From: an uncultured delta proteobacterium | GTDB taxonomy: Bacteria > Desulfobacterota > Syntrophia > Syntrophales > UBA2185 | DNA: 64,000 nt | Direction of reading: 5' to 3' | Assembly: GCA_963695875.1 (NCBI GenBank) | Contig: CAVOID010000010.1 | Location: forward strand, 96,001 to 160,000 | Part shown: piece by piece, positions 1 to 11,215 of the stretch | Numbering within the stretch: position 1 is the stretch's first letter | Layout: every line of letters starts with the position of its first letter | The notes under the pieces: generated by a model | Told to the model about the DNA's origin: nothing | The model's input: the letters and a program-made list of their open reading frames with translations, nothing else | Databases searched by the model: none | Made by a program: the position numbers and the translations under genes

Positions 1-1
1 A

Positions 2-559
2 CAGCGGGCTAACAATTATCTCTTAGATATCCAGCAGACCCATGAACATATCTTTTCCTACTACTTTGTGTGGAACGACTTCAGGAAGGATGAGCTTAAG
101 AGAGGCTACAGGGCAGTCAAGTGGCACCGCCATGAATATGAACCGGTCTACCACTACAACGATCCCCTCTGTGAAGCATTCCTGCAGGAAGTTTACCGTT
201 TGAAGCTTCCCATTGTCCTTGAAGAATCTTTCGAGAACACCCGGTCTTTCATTAAGAGAGTCAATGGCAGAACCCCCATCATCATTCCTCATATGGGTGG
301 ATTGAACGGCAGCTTTTCTGCGCTATTCAGATCAGGGACCTGGGATGATGATAATATCTTCGCCGACACTGCACTTGCCACAGGACAGGAAATCATGACA
401 TTCTTAGAGAAGTACGGAAGTGACAGGCTCCTTTTTGGGAGTGACTTTCCTTTTGGCAATCCCGGCAACGAGCTTCAGGAAGTAATCCGGCTGAACTTAG
501 GAAAACGGGATTTTGAAAATGTTGTCTGTCACAACATTTTAAGGTTGCTGCAGGTTTGA
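2..559 (+). CDS. Amidohydrolase family protein, 5'-partial
   Basis: Frame is open from the window start; motifs IIPHMGG, FADTA and LLFGSDFPF. Confidence 0.8.
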   Translation, partial: QRANNYLLDIQQTHEHIFSYYFVWNDFRKDELKRGYRAVKWHRHEYEPVYHYNDPLCEAFLQEVYRLKLPIVLEESFENTRSFIKRVNGRTPIIIPHMGGLNGSFSALFRSGTWDDDNIFADTALATGQEIMTFLEKYGSDRLLFGSDFPFGNPGNELQEVIRLNLGKRDFENVVCHNILRLLQV

Positions 560-645
560 TGAAGTTTTGAAGCATGGTGACCACTTGGGCATGCAGTAAG
601 TTCAATTATATCACAACCGACCATAGTGTCATTCAGGAGGTACAT

Positions 646-1573
646 ATGAAAATCGCAGTCATGGGAACCGGCGGGGTTGGAGGATATTATGGGGGATTGC
701 TTGCACAGGCAGGGCAGGATGTGACGTTCATCGTGCGCGGGCCACAGTCTTCAGGCCATACGTGATAAGGGTCTTCAAGTAAAGAGTGTCCACGGCGATT
801 TTACTGTCTCGCCGGCTAAGGCAACCGATAAACCTTCTCAAATCGGACCGGTTGATGTCATACTATTTGCGACAAAGACGTACCAGACCGACGAAGCGGC
901 AAAGTTAATAAAACCCATTGTCGGTAGGGACACAGCGGTGGTTTCGCTCCAGAATGGCATAGACGCAGCAGATCGCATCGGTGCGGTTGTGGGTATGGAA
1001 CACATGCTGGGCGGTGCGACGTGGCTTTCGGCAGCGATTGAAGCGCCCGGCGTGATCGGCCAGTACAGCCAGTTCCGCCGCATCGTGCTGGGTGAGTTCA
1101 ACGGCCAGACGACAAGGCGCCTTAAGGCCGTTTATGATGCTCTACAGGCGACGGGTGCAACGGTTGAAACAAGCGATAATATCTTAAAAGTCCTGTGGAC
1201 AAAATTCGTATTTATCGCACCCGTCATGGCGATGGGAAGCCTGACACGCGTGACGTTCGGTGAGTACCGAAGCGTGCCGGAAGCACGCGCCGTGCTGATC
1301 GATGCCCTCAGCGAAGTGGCAGCAGTGGCTAAAGCCAAAGGTGTATCGCTTGATGCAGACGTAGTCGCCAAAACAGTAGCGTTTATTGACGGCAGCGCAC
1401 CGGGCATAAAGCCCTCGATGCAGCGTGATGTGGAATCCGGGAAACGCTCCGAACTGGAATCAATGATAGGAGTTGTTGTACGCATGGGCAAGCAGTACAA
1501 GGTACCCACGCCGGTAATGCAGTTTGCTTACGCGATGCTCAAACCGGGAGAGCTGAAAGCGCAGCAAAACTAG
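646..1573 (+). CDS. panE: 2-dehydropantoate 2-reductase (frameshift near 747)
   Basis: [25 protein letters not shown]ossmann start; removing one base near 747 joins it to the ORF with SLQNG, LWTKF and PSMQRD. Confidence 0.88.
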
Positions 1574-2283
1574 ATGTCAATTCTTTCAAGAAAGGCAGGT
1601 TTGAGAAGGATATATTTATTTTCCAACATTTCAATCTCACCTGATTGAATAAACCGTTTGATAAAGCGGGTTACTGTTTCTCTCGCGGTAGTTGCATGCT
1701 CTGCAATGTCCTTGTGCGTCAGTCTTAAATTGATAATTATCCCCCTCTGATCTTTAACCCCGAACTGGTTGCCGATATTTCTTAGGACCACTCTTATGCG
1801 CTGCTCGGCATCCGCAAAGCTTAATACCCTCAGCATTAACCATGCGTCTCTTAACCTCGAGCAGAGCATGGTAATAATCTCCATAAGGGCCTTTCTGTTC
1901 TGCAATAAATGGTTCTCAAAATCTTTCTTGGAGACAAATCCGACTTTAGTGTCCTCCATAGCGACAACTGTGGCTGGCGCAGTCATTCCATCAAGAATGG
2001 CCATTTCTCCGAAGAAATCACCCCTTTTACGAATCGCGAGAATCCTCTCCTGGCCATCAGCACTGAGTTGTATGGCCTTCACCTTGCCGGAATAAACAAA
2101 ATAGAAATAATTTGGTGTATCTTCTTCGTACAGGATGACCTGATTTTTTGAGAATTGTTTTTCAATGACGACGTTCTGGAATTCGGCTAATTCTGTTTCG
2201 GAAAGGCAGGCCAAAAATGGGATTTTTGGAACGATCAAATCAAACTGTGTTTTTTGCGGCTTAATTTTTGTTTCGCTTCTCAT
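1570..2283 (-). CDS. Crp/Fnr family transcriptional regulator
   Basis: cNMP-binding domain (GDFFGEMA) and HTH (LTHKDIAEHATTARETVTR). Confidence 0.92.
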   Translation of the reverse strand: MRSETKIKPQKTQFDLIVPKIPFLACLSETELAEFQNVVIEKQFSKNQVILYEEDTPNYFYFVYSGKVKAIQLSADGQERILAIRKRGDFFGEMAILDGMTAPATVVAMEDTKVGFVSKKDFENHLLQNRKALMEIITMLCSRLRDAWLMLRVLSFADAEQRIRVVLRNIGNQFGVKDQRGIIINLRLTHKDIAEHATTARETVTRFIKRFIQSGEIEMLENKYILLKPAFLERIDI

Positions 2284-2496
2284 ATATAATCTCAGAGATC
2301 TGTTTCAAACTTTTAGCAGGTTTTGTTAGACATACCTTTACAGATTTTCAGATTTGAAGCAACAAAAATTGTGAGGCCAGAGCATGACATCGGGAAGGCA
2401 TGACGTGTGAAATGATTCATCGTGGGAATAACGCTTCCGGGCAAAGATCCCACACGAGATTCATTTTTTGCCTGCGACTTAATCCATGTATTCGAT

Positions 2497-2522
2497 ATCC
2501 GTATGATATTCATCATACGGAT
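2497..2522. promoter_or_regulatory. Perfect palindrome ATCCGTATGAT-N4-ATCATACGGAT, candidate Crp/Fnr-type operator
   Basis: 11-bp inverted repeat with FNR-like ATGAT-N4-ATCAT geometry upstream of the Crp/Fnr gene. Confidence 0.5.
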
Positions 2523-2618
2523 TGCTTAATGTACCTGAAATAACAGCTTGTTGTGTATGGCATTGCAAGATCAAGAGGGAGAAAAACTATCTCGTGTTAA
2601 ATGATCAATTCAAATAAA

Positions 2619-3995
2619 TCAATATGGATTTTTGTCCGTCACCAGCTTTATCTCATGCTTGTAGCCATCGTTGAACGGACTTTTTATTTTACTGACTGAG
2701 AAAATTACAGTGGATCTGTCTTCGGATTTCAGCACCATTTCCTTCACGGCTGCACTCTTGCCCGTGAGCTTGACCCCGGCGAGGTCCACGCTGCTGTTGG
2801 AGGTAAGTATTGCGACGTCAGAATCGATGCTGCATCCGCTCAAATTCACGACTGAATCTATCGCCTTTACACCTACGTCCCCGGATTTTATATAGCTGCT
2901 TTCAATAGATACAATTGATCTTTCAATGTAAATGTACTTTGCAGTTACACTGACAATCCGCGTATCATTACTGTTTTTAACTTCTATTCGATCATAGTCG
3001 CCGTCGGATATCACACAGTCTTTGCCCTCGCATATAAATGCCTTATTGCTTGTGAATGAAGGCGTTTTGATCTCCTTTTTCTTAACCGGAACTGAAAGCC
3101 AGTCTATGACTATCTTATTAAAATCACCCGGGCGGTCAATCATCGGGCAGTGACCGAGTCCCGGCATTATCCTCAAATCAGACTCCGGAAGCATCCATTC
3201 CAGAAGCCGACCGGTCCGCAATGGTGATACGGGATCTTTCTCTCCCCAGACTATGAGGGAGGGAACTTTTGTTTTATCGACGATCTTGCTGAAATCGGTG
3301 TTGAGTAAAACCATCCCGGCTGTCTTCGCGGGATCACCGCTATACAGCTTCTTTTTCAATAATTCAGAACTCAGTGAACTGCCGCCGCTTTCCTCCTTGA
3401 ACCCTTTATCCATGCTCTCGAGGTTTGCGATTATAAAGTTCTGTACTGCCGATACCGGTATATTCATTACATCCAGAAATTTATTAGGCTCTATATTGAT
3501 AAAGTTTTTAATGAATGCTGAACGGTTAAGTATTCCTGCTGAATCTATAATGATAAGGCGCTCCAGGTTTTCCGGATATGTCCCCGCATAATAAAGCGCG
3601 ATCGCCCCGCCCAGTGAATGTCCGATGATGTATAGAGGTCCTTTTGTGTATTTCTTTACGATCCAGTTGACAAAGGCGGCGTAGTTTTGGGGGGAATACA
3701 GATCGTTTTCCTTGCTTGAACGGGCAAATCCGGGGAGATCGAAGGCGACAACATGATATTTATTCTCAAGCTCAGGTATCAGATTTTTCCAGATACCGGC
3801 ACCTTCATCTCCGATGCCATGTATCAGTACAACACTTATAGCATGTCCTTTGCCGGATTCGTAAAAATAGACTTTGCTGTTGAATATGGGCTCACGTATG
3901 AATTCTTCTCTGATGCCTTTCTTCCCATGCAGATCTGTTATGAAAAAGATGGAAGAGACCGTTAATACTATTATTAATGTCATTACTTTTTTCAT
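2619..3995 (-). CDS. Exported alpha/beta hydrolase with C-terminal beta-solenoid-like extension
   Basis: N-terminal hydrophobic leader; HGIG, DLPGF, GHSLGG, GEKD and GLGH motifs. Confidence 0.85.
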   Translation of the reverse strand: MKKVMTLIIVLTVSSIFFITDLHGKKGIREEFIREPIFNSKVYFYESGKGHAISVVLIHGIGDEGAGIWKNLIPELENKYHVVAFDLPGFARSSKENDLYSPQNYAAFVNWIVKKYTKGPLYIIGHSLGGAIALYYAGTYPENLERLIIIDSAGILNRSAFIKNFINIEPNKFLDVMNIPVSAVQNFIIANLESMDKGFKEESGGSSLSSELLKKKLYSGDPAKTAGMVLLNTDFSKIVDKTKVPSLIVWGEKDPVSPLRTGRLLEWMLPESDLRIMPGLGHCPMIDRPGDFNKIVIDWLSVPVKKKEIKTPSFTSNKAFICEGKDCVISDGDYDRIEVKNSNDTRIVSVTAKYIYIERSIVSIESSYIKSGDVGVKAIDSVVNLSGCSIDSDVAILTSNSSVDLAGVKLTGKSAAVKEMVLKSEDRSTVIFSVSKIKSPFNDGYKHEIKLVTDKNPY

Positions 3996-4001
3996 AAGAA
4001 A

Positions 4002-5357
4002 TTATAGAAGATGTAACATTTCACTGAGAGTCGGATGGGGAATGATCCACTTTTTCAATTCCTTTTTGCCCATTCCATTTGCCACAGCCAGACTCATCGA
4101 AGCAATAAGCTCACCAGCGTCGTCCCCGATGATGGTCACACCGATTAACCTGTCTTCGCTAAAGACCGCTTTCACAAACCCATTCCCTTTGAGCTCCGTC
4201 CTGGCCATGATATTGGATGCATATTCCACCCTCCTTGTTTCCACCTTTAAACCCTTTTCCGATGCCTGCCTTTCGGTAAGCCCGACACGGGCCACACTGG
4301 GATGAGTATATACCACGGAAGGTATTGCTTCCTCCCTGTATTTAATTGAAGGATCACCATTGATATAACTGGCAACAGCCCTTCCCTGTTGAATAGCCCG
4401 GTGCGCAAGCATTATACCTCCGGTGACATCACCAACGGCATATATGCCTTCTCTGCTTGTTCTTTGATTCTCATTAACAATTATGCCCCTTTGATCGTAC
4501 TCGATGCCACACCGATTCAATTCATCAATGAATAAAGCTGGCTTTCTGCCGGTACACACCAGGGCATAATCGGCGGTTAATTCGAGTGCTTGTGTGTTTT
4601 GAGTCGCTTTCAGATGCACTGCATTGGGAATCTCCCGGAGGGTTTCCATCCTGGCCGATGTGTGGATAGCAATGCCCAAGCCGGTTAGTTCCTGTCGTAA
4701 GAAACCAGCGGCCTCCTCATCCTCACAGGGAATTATTTGGTCTAAGAGTTCAACAATGGTCACTTTAACACCCAGCTCTGCAAGAAAAGTCGCAAACTCC
4801 ACACCGATAATACTTCCCCCGACAATGATGACAGACTCCGGCAAAGTCTCCAAAGCGAGGAAGCTGTCAGATGTTAAAACGCGCTGAGAAGGTTTGATAT
4901 GCGGCGGGAGCAGCGGCTCCGAACCCCAGGCGATAATTATATTATCAGCAATAATGCGTTGTGCATCACCCTGTGGCGAGACCCATATCACTTCTCCCGG
5001 ATTTGCGATCTTTCCCTCGCCGTATATAAGCTCAACTCCGGCGTCCTTTAAAGATTTCTGTACACCCAAGGATGAAGTGGTAACCATCTGCCGTTGGTGA
5101 CGCTTAACTGCGGTATAATCAACTGAGACTTCCCCGGTAGAAATACCGAGGCGCTTCAGTTTCTTGATATTCTTGTATTGCTTACTGCACGCCAATAGCG
5201 CTTTTGTAGGAACGCAGCCCCGATGGGTACATGTGCCGCCCCATTGATTCTTCTCAATAATGGCAACCTTCGTTCCCCTTCTGGCAACATATTCAGCCGC
5301 CGCATGGCCGCCAGGACCGGCACCAATAACAATGAGATTGTATGTTTCGGACATCAT
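4002..5357 (-). CDS. lpdA: Dihydrolipoamide dehydrogenase
   Basis: GAGPGG, GGTCTHRGCVP, GDV..G.MLAH and HPTLSE motifs; lies in gcv operon. Confidence 0.93.
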   Translation of the reverse strand: MMSETYNLIVIGAGPGGHAAAEYVARRGTKVAIIEKNQWGGTCTHRGCVPTKALLACSKQYKNIKKLKRLGISTGEVSVDYTAVKRHQRQMVTTSSLGVQKSLKDAGVELIYGEGKIANPGEVIWVSPQGDAQRIIADNIIIAWGSEPLLPPHIKPSQRVLTSDSFLALETLPESVIIVGGSIIGVEFATFLAELGVKVTIVELLDQIIPCEDEEAAGFLRQELTGLGIAIHTSARMETLREIPNAVHLKATQNTQALELTADYALVCTGRKPALFIDELNRCGIEYDQRGIIVNENQRTSREGIYAVGDVTGGIMLAHRAIQQGRAVASYINGDPSIKYREEAIPSVVYTHPSVARVGLTERQASEKGLKVETRRVEYASNIMARTELKGNGFVKAVFSEDRLIGVTIIGDDAGELIASMSLAVANGMGKKELKKWIIPHPTLSEMLHLL

Positions 5358-5400
5358 GAACCCTTATCTATTCGATTTTCTCTCTGTAAAATACTCAACT

Positions 5401-5489
5401 TGTCATTGCGAGCGACCGAAAGGAGCGCGGCAATCTTTTTGTTTATCAGTGATATAATACCCCTTTACTCCCCCTTGGTCGAAATGACA
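5401..5489 (+). repeat. REP-like palindromic element, TGTCATTGCG...GGCAATCT...CGAAATGACA family
   Basis: Related copies at 20792, 22016 (reverse) and 63535. Confidence 0.75.
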
Positions 5490-5499
5490 AATTGGAAAT

Positions 5500-6366
5500 T
5501 TACCAACGTTCTTTCATCAGGTTTTCTGCGGCATGATAGGAACTACGGACAAGGGGACCGGCTTCAACATGTTTCAATCCCATTTCATACGCCATCCCCT
5601 TGATCATTTCAAATTCATCAGGGTGATAATATTTCATGACAGGCCAGTGATCGCGCGTCGGCTGCTGGTACTGTCCAATGGTTATCCTTTCACAGTTAAC
5701 CGATACCAGGTCATAGAGCAGCCCCAGAATGTCGCCCCAGTCCTCTCCAAAACCCACCATAAATCCCGATTTGGTTATGATTTTATTTTCACCGTACCGA
5801 TGCACCCGCTGAAGCACTTCCAGAGACGTGCGATAGTTTCCCTGGGGTCGAAGATTGCCAAAGAATGCGGGAACAACTTCCATATTGTGGTTAACCACAT
5901 GGGGATTGCTTTCGATGATGCATCTCAGGGCATCCCAATTGCCCCGAAGATCCGGAATAAGGACTTCTACCTTGCATCCCGGCACCACCCGATACAATCT
6001 TTCCACGCATCGGGCAAATATCTCCGCCCCTCCATCGGGCAGATCATCCCGTGTGACCGATGTTATAACAATATACTGAAGTCCCAGTTCTTTAACAGCC
6101 TTGGCAAGCCGATCCGGTTCACTTTCATCCACTCCGTCGGGTTTCCCATGTTGGACATTGCAATAGAGGCAGTTGCGGGTGCAGATATTACCCAGAATTA
6201 GAAAAGTGGCCGTCCCGGAATTAAAACATTCGGTTACGTTGGGACAGTGCGCCTCCTGGCAGATGGAGTGGAGATGTAAATTGGACAGGATACCCTTAAC
6301 ATGCTTGAATTCCTGTGACGAAGGGAGTCTTACTTTCAGCCATTCAGGTTTCCGTTTGATTTGCAT
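5500..6366 (-). CDS. lipA: Lipoyl synthase
   Basis: RKPEWLKV, CQEAHCPNVTEC, CTRNCLYC and RSSYHA; probable start at MQIK. Confidence 0.96.
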   Translation of the reverse strand: MQIKRKPEWLKVRLPSSQEFKHVKGILSNLHLHSICQEAHCPNVTECFNSGTATFLILGNICTRNCLYCNVQHGKPDGVDESEPDRLAKAVKELGLQYIVITSVTRDDLPDGGAEIFARCVERLYRVVPGCKVEVLIPDLRGNWDALRCIIESNPHVVNHNMEVVPAFFGNLRPQGNYRTSLEVLQRVHRYGENKIITKSGFMVGFGEDWGDILGLLYDLVSVNCERITIGQYQQPTRDHWPVMKYYHPDEFEMIKGMAYEMGLKHVEAGPLVRSSYHAAENLMKERW

Positions 6367-6754
6367 CTGAGCTCTGAACCCGCTTCTTCGCCTTGAATAT
6401 ACCAATTATGCCGAACAGCAAAAATATTGTTCCCATGATGAGCTGAGGAATGGCTGCATCAAGCTGCCCTGTAAAGTGATACTGCATTATTGCCTGTACA
6501 AGATTCACAAGACCGAAAAAGAGAAAAAACCCCGGCACCACATAATTAAGAAGTTTACGGGCGTTCACAGGTACTTGGGGAAGTCTTTTCATCTGTTCCG
6601 GGGATGCAGCCGGAGCAGTTATTTTTGGTTTCACCGCAGACGGCCTCCCGCTCAACTCCTCCTTTTCCTTCCCTGCAAGAGCCCATATAAGCCTGTCTCT
6701 CTCTTTCGGATCTTTTACATCTTTCAGTTTTCTGATTATTCTGTCTCTCTCCAT
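6344..6754 (-). CDS. Hypothetical membrane protein with two TM helices
   Basis: AAGGA RBS, two hydrophobic segments, overlaps the lipA start. Confidence 0.65.
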   Translation of the reverse strand: MERDRIIRKLKDVKDPKERDRLIWALAGKEKEELSGRPSAVKPKITAPAASPEQMKRLPQVPVNARKLLNYVVPGFFLFFGLVNLVQAIMQYHFTGQLDAAIPQLIMGTIFLLFGIIGIFKAKKRVQSSDANQTET

Positions 6755-6798
6755 ATGATCCTTCTTTGTGCAGATTCATCCTGCGCGTAGATTGCCCC

Positions 6799-8245
6799 CT
6801 AACACTTTCCCATCCAGCATACATCAGGTTCCCTGGCCGCTTTGACATCATCCAGGCGCTTTACCGGAGTAGTCAGAGGAGCAGACTTGACCATGTCCGG
6901 ATTTTCCTTTACCTCTGTTGCTATGGTAATCATAGTGTCACAGAAGGCATCCAAGGTTTCCTTGCTTTCTGTCTCGTTAGGCTCGATCATGATGGCCTCG
7001 GGTACAATCAAGGGAAAGTATATAGTCGGCGGATGATAACCATAATCCAGGAGACGTTTGGCGATATCCGAGGTATGGACACCACTCTCCTTGACCTGCC
7101 GTCTTCCTGAAAAGACACATTCATGCATACAGATCCGGTCATAAGCAAGGTCATAATGATCCCTTAATCGTTCTTTCACGTAATTGGCATTCAGGACAGC
7201 CATTTCACTTGCCCTCTTCAGGCCGTGCGGCCCGAGGGAACGGATATACGTGTAAGCCTTTACCATTACGTTAAAGTTACCATAAAAGGCCTTTACCCGT
7301 CCAACACTGTCTGGATAATCATAGTCCCAATCATAACGATCTCCATTTTTCACGACCCTCGGTATCGGGCAGATACGGTACCAGGTTCTTCCCGACTCCG
7401 ACGGGGCCGCTTCCAGGACCGCCGCTGCCATGCGGGGTAGAGAACGTCTTGTGGAGATTAAGCTGTATTACATCAAAGCCCAGGTCGCCCGGTTTTGTGA
7501 TTCCCATAAACGCATTGGCATTGGCGCCGTCACAGTATAAAAGGCCCTCCTTACCATGAATAATTTGAGCAACTTTTTCTGTATTCCTTTCAAAGAGACC
7601 CAGGGTATTGGGATTCGTTAACATCAGGCCGGCAACATTCTCTGTCATCAATTCACGTAAGTGATCGATATCTACGCCTCCCTCGGCATTGGAACGCACC
7701 GTGACCACCTGGTATCCGCACAGCGCCCCCGAGGCGGGATTAGTGCCGTGGGCTGTATCGGGAATTAATATGTGCGTCCGTTTTTCCCCCTTTTTCTCGA
7801 AGTATTTTTTGATGACCATGACGCCGGTCAACTCTCCGTGGGCGCCTGCGGCAGGCTGGAGGGCAAAATCAGCCATGCCGAAGATTTCACTCAAATACTG
7901 CCGCAGTTCATGCATGAGCTGCAGTGATCCCTGGGAAAATTCGACGGGCGCATATGGATGGAGGCTGGTAAATCCGGGAAGTTTTGCCACTTCTTCGTTG
8001 ACTTTGGGATTATATTTCATCGTGCATGAACCAAGGGGATAAAAGCCCACATCGACACCGAAATTTCGTTTCGATAACTGTGTATAGTGCCTGATCAGGT
8101 CAACCTCCGCCACTTCGGGAAGATCCACATCATCCCTGAGCAGGCCCTTGCTAATGATACTTTCAACCGCGACCTCCGGTACATCACATATCGGGATACT
8201 CGTGGCCACTCTGCCTGCCCGGCTTTTTTCAAATATCAGTTCCAT
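6799..8245 (-). CDS. gcvPB: Glycine dehydrogenase subunit 2 (frameshift near 7370)
   Basis: [23 protein letters not shown] (PLP lysine) and [10 protein letters not shown] across two ORFs. Confidence 0.93.
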
Positions 8246-8271
8246 CAGTTCCCTCCAGTTATATATCTTTA

Positions 8272-9599
8272 TTAAGCAACAAACGAAACAATCCTGTCAA
8301 TATCATCTTTCGTGAGCATTTCCGTAGCGCAGAAGAGAAGGGTGTTTTTTAGTTCGGGATAATCTTTTTGCCACTTCATAGCCGCCGATGATCCCTTTCG
8401 CCTTCAGTTTCTGATTAACTTTTTTGGGGTTAGGGCATCTGATGACGAATTCATTATAAACAGGAGCCGGGAAGACAACTTCCCAACCTTTGAGTCCGGA
8501 GAGTTTCTGCTTTAAATAGTGTGCCTTCTGTATGTTGAGTTCTGCTAATTTTTTGAGGTTTTTCCCCAGACTGACCAGGTAAACACCGGCCGCCAGGGCG
8601 CAGAGGGCTTCATTGGAGCAGATATTCGATGTCGCCCTTTCCCGCCTGATGTGCTGTTCACGGGTCTGGAGGGTGAGGACGAAGCCTCTCTTCCCTTCTC
8701 TGTCCACAGTGGCTCCGGCAAGCCTGCCGGGGATCTTTCTCAGGAATTTATCGGTGCTGGCAAAGATTCCCAGATAGGGGCCTCCGTAGTTCATGGGGTT
8801 TCCGAAACCCTGCCCTTCCCCGACGACAAAATCGGCCCCCATAGCACCTGCGGGTTTAAGAATACCCAAAGACGTCGCTTCCGTAAATCCGGAGACAAGA
8901 AGCGCGCCCTTCGCGTGCACTGCGGATTCAATCAGGGAGATGTCCTCAATGATCCCGAAGAAGTTAGGACTCTGCACGAGGACGGCAGCGGTATTTTCAT
9001 CTATCGCCTTCAGCAGGGCATCCCGATCAAGCTGACCGGATTTGCCGTAAGGAACTTCTGCCACTTCATATCCGTTTGACCAGGCGTATGTACCGACCAC
9101 CTGCCGGTATTCGGGATGTACGGAGCTTATGATAACGATCTTCGTCCGGTTCAGGGTCTTGGCAGCCAGTACTGCCGCCTCGGCCATGGCGGAGGCGCCG
9201 TCATACATGGAGGCATTGGCGACCTGCATGCCCGTGAGCTTGGCGATCATGGTCTGGTATTCGTAAATTGCCTGGAGGATTCCCTGACTGATCTCCGCCT
9301 GGTAGGGGGTGTATGCCGTGTAAAACTCCGACCGGGAAAGGACATGTACCCACAACGGCAGGGATATAATGGTTATAAGCCCCTGCTCCCATCAATGTGA
9401 TCGGGGAAACTGCGTTCTTAGAACCAATGCCTTTCATCAGTGTAAAGACTTCCTGTTCGGAAAGGGCGGGAGGTAAGTCCATCAGTTTCTTGATCTGATA
9501 CTTCTCGGGAATATCGACAAAAAGTTCTGCGATAGACTTGATGCCGATAGTCTCCATCATCTGTCTTTGATCTTCCGGGGTGTGGGGGACATAATCCAT
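8272..9599 (-). CDS. gcvPA: Glycine dehydrogenase subunit 1 (frameshifts near 9350 and 8370)
   Basis: MDYVPHT, EFYTAYTPYQAEISQG and TREQHIRRERATSNICSN. Confidence 0.93.
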
Positions 9600-9679
9600 A
9601 ATGCATACCTTTCTCTTATGAGGTTAATGTTCAAGGCAAGGCGTTATTGTGGCTGAATACCTACACTGTCATTTCAGGA

Positions 9680-10078
9680 TTAATGTTTTTCTTCCTTTAT
9701 CATCTCCGAGTAACCGGCGGCATCCATAAGGCTATTCAACTCAGCAGGATTATCCATTTTAAGTTTCGCCATCCAGCCTTCTCCAAAGGCATCCTGATTA
9801 ACAAGTTCCGGATGGTTCTCAAGTACCTGATTGACTTCTTTAACTTCTCCGCTTACCGGTGCATAAACGTCTGAAACGGACTTGACGGATTCCACCACTG
9901 CTAACTGTTCCATCTGTTTTACTCTTTTCCCGATTGCGGGGAGTTCGACAAAGACAATGTCAGTAAGTAACTCCTGGGCATGATCGGTTATCCCCATCGT
10001 AATCGTCCCGTCTCCGTTATCTTTCGCCCATTCATGTTCTTTTGTATACTTTCTATCCGCTGGATTTGGTTTTGACAT
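9680..10078 (-). CDS. gcvH: Glycine cleavage system H protein
   Basis: YTKEHEW, GITDHAQ and VESVK lipoyl lysine. Confidence 0.96.
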   Translation of the reverse strand: MSKPNPADRKYTKEHEWAKDNGDGTITMGITDHAQELLTDIVFVELPAIGKRVKQMEQLAVVESVKSVSDVYAPVSGEVKEVNQVLENHPELVNQDAFGEGWMAKLKMDNPAELNSLMDAAGYSEMIKEEKH

Positions 10079-10120
10079 GCTTTCCCCCTCAATCTATTTT
10101 TATAACTCTCTCAGAAATTA

Positions 10121-11215
10121 TTATTTCTTCCTCCTGTAAAAAGGCAACCCCACAATCCGAGCTTTTGCTTGATGATCACGGATCTGGATAGAAATCTCTG
10201 TACCCTGCTCACTGCATGCTGTGGGGACGAAGGCAAACCCCACTGCTTTCTGCAAGGTAGGGGTAAATGTTCCTGACGTCACTATTCCTATTTCTCTGCC
10301 TTCCTTGAATACCTTATACCCATGCCTGGCAATTCCCCTATCTGCCATCTCGAAACCGACCAGTTTCCTGTTCAGACCCTTTTCCTTTAATTGTCTCAAA
10401 GCATTGCTTCCAACGAAGTCTTTTTCAAGGTTCGTTATCCATCCGTAGACAACCTCCAAAGGAGTGATCGTTTCATCCATATCATTGCCGTATAACATCA
10501 TCCCCGCTTCCAAACGGAGCGTGTCCCTCGCACCCAGGCCCGCGGGTTTCAATCCAAAGCCCGTGCCGATTTTCAGTAGTTCATCCCAGATCTCTCCAAT
10601 TTTCCGACTGTCTGTATAGATTTCAAACCCATCCTCACCGGTATAACCGCTGCGTGATACAAGCGCAGGAATATTCATGACTTTAGTGTTCATAGAATGG
10701 TAGTATCTTAAAGTGTTTAAATCATTTGCAGCAAGTTTTTGCAGAATCATGGGCGACAGAGGTCCCTGTATATCCAGTTTACCTGTTTGATCGCTGATAT
10801 CGGTAATTTTTACATCGGGAAAACCTTTTTCCTTTTTTTGTTTTTCGATCCATGAGAAATCTTTGTCTTTCGTTCCTGCATTCGTCACGATCATGTAGTG
10901 GTCCTGGTCAAATTTATAAATAGTCAGATCGTCAATGATGCCACCATTTTCATTCGTTATAACACTCAGTTTGAGCTGCCCGATCGCCTGCCCCTCTATA
11001 TTTCTGCTCAATATCCATTGCAGCAACTCAAATGCCCCGGGGCCTTTGACATCAATCTCTCCCATATGACAGATGTCAAATAGTCCAGCTTTCATCCGCG
11101 TTGCGTGGTGCTCTTCAATGACATTGCTGTATTGAACCGGCATCGCCCATCCGCCGAAATCAATAATCTTTCCACCAAGTGTGAGATGACGATCATACAG
11201 GGGGGTTTTTTTCAT
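10121..11215 (-). CDS. gcvT: Glycine cleavage aminomethyltransferase T
   Basis: KTPLY, FGGWAMP, SRSGYTGEDGFE and GARDTLRLEAG. Confidence 0.96.
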   Translation of the reverse strand: MKKTPLYDRHLTLGGKIIDFGGWAMPVQYSNVIEEHHATRMKAGLFDICHMGEIDVKGPGAFELLQWILSRNIEGQAIGQLKLSVITNENGGIIDDLTIYKFDQDHYMIVTNAGTKDKDFSWIEKQKKEKGFPDVKITDISDQTGKLDIQGPLSPMILQKLAANDLNTLRYYHSMNTKVMNIPALVSRSGYTGEDGFEIYTDSRKIGEIWDELLKIGTGFGLKPAGLGARDTLRLEAGMMLYGNDMDETITPLEVVYGWITNLEKDFVGSNALRQLKEKGLNRKLVGFEMADRGIARHGYKVFKEGREIGIVTSGTFTPTLQKAVGFAFVPTACSEQGTEISIQIRDHQAKARIVGLPFYRRKK

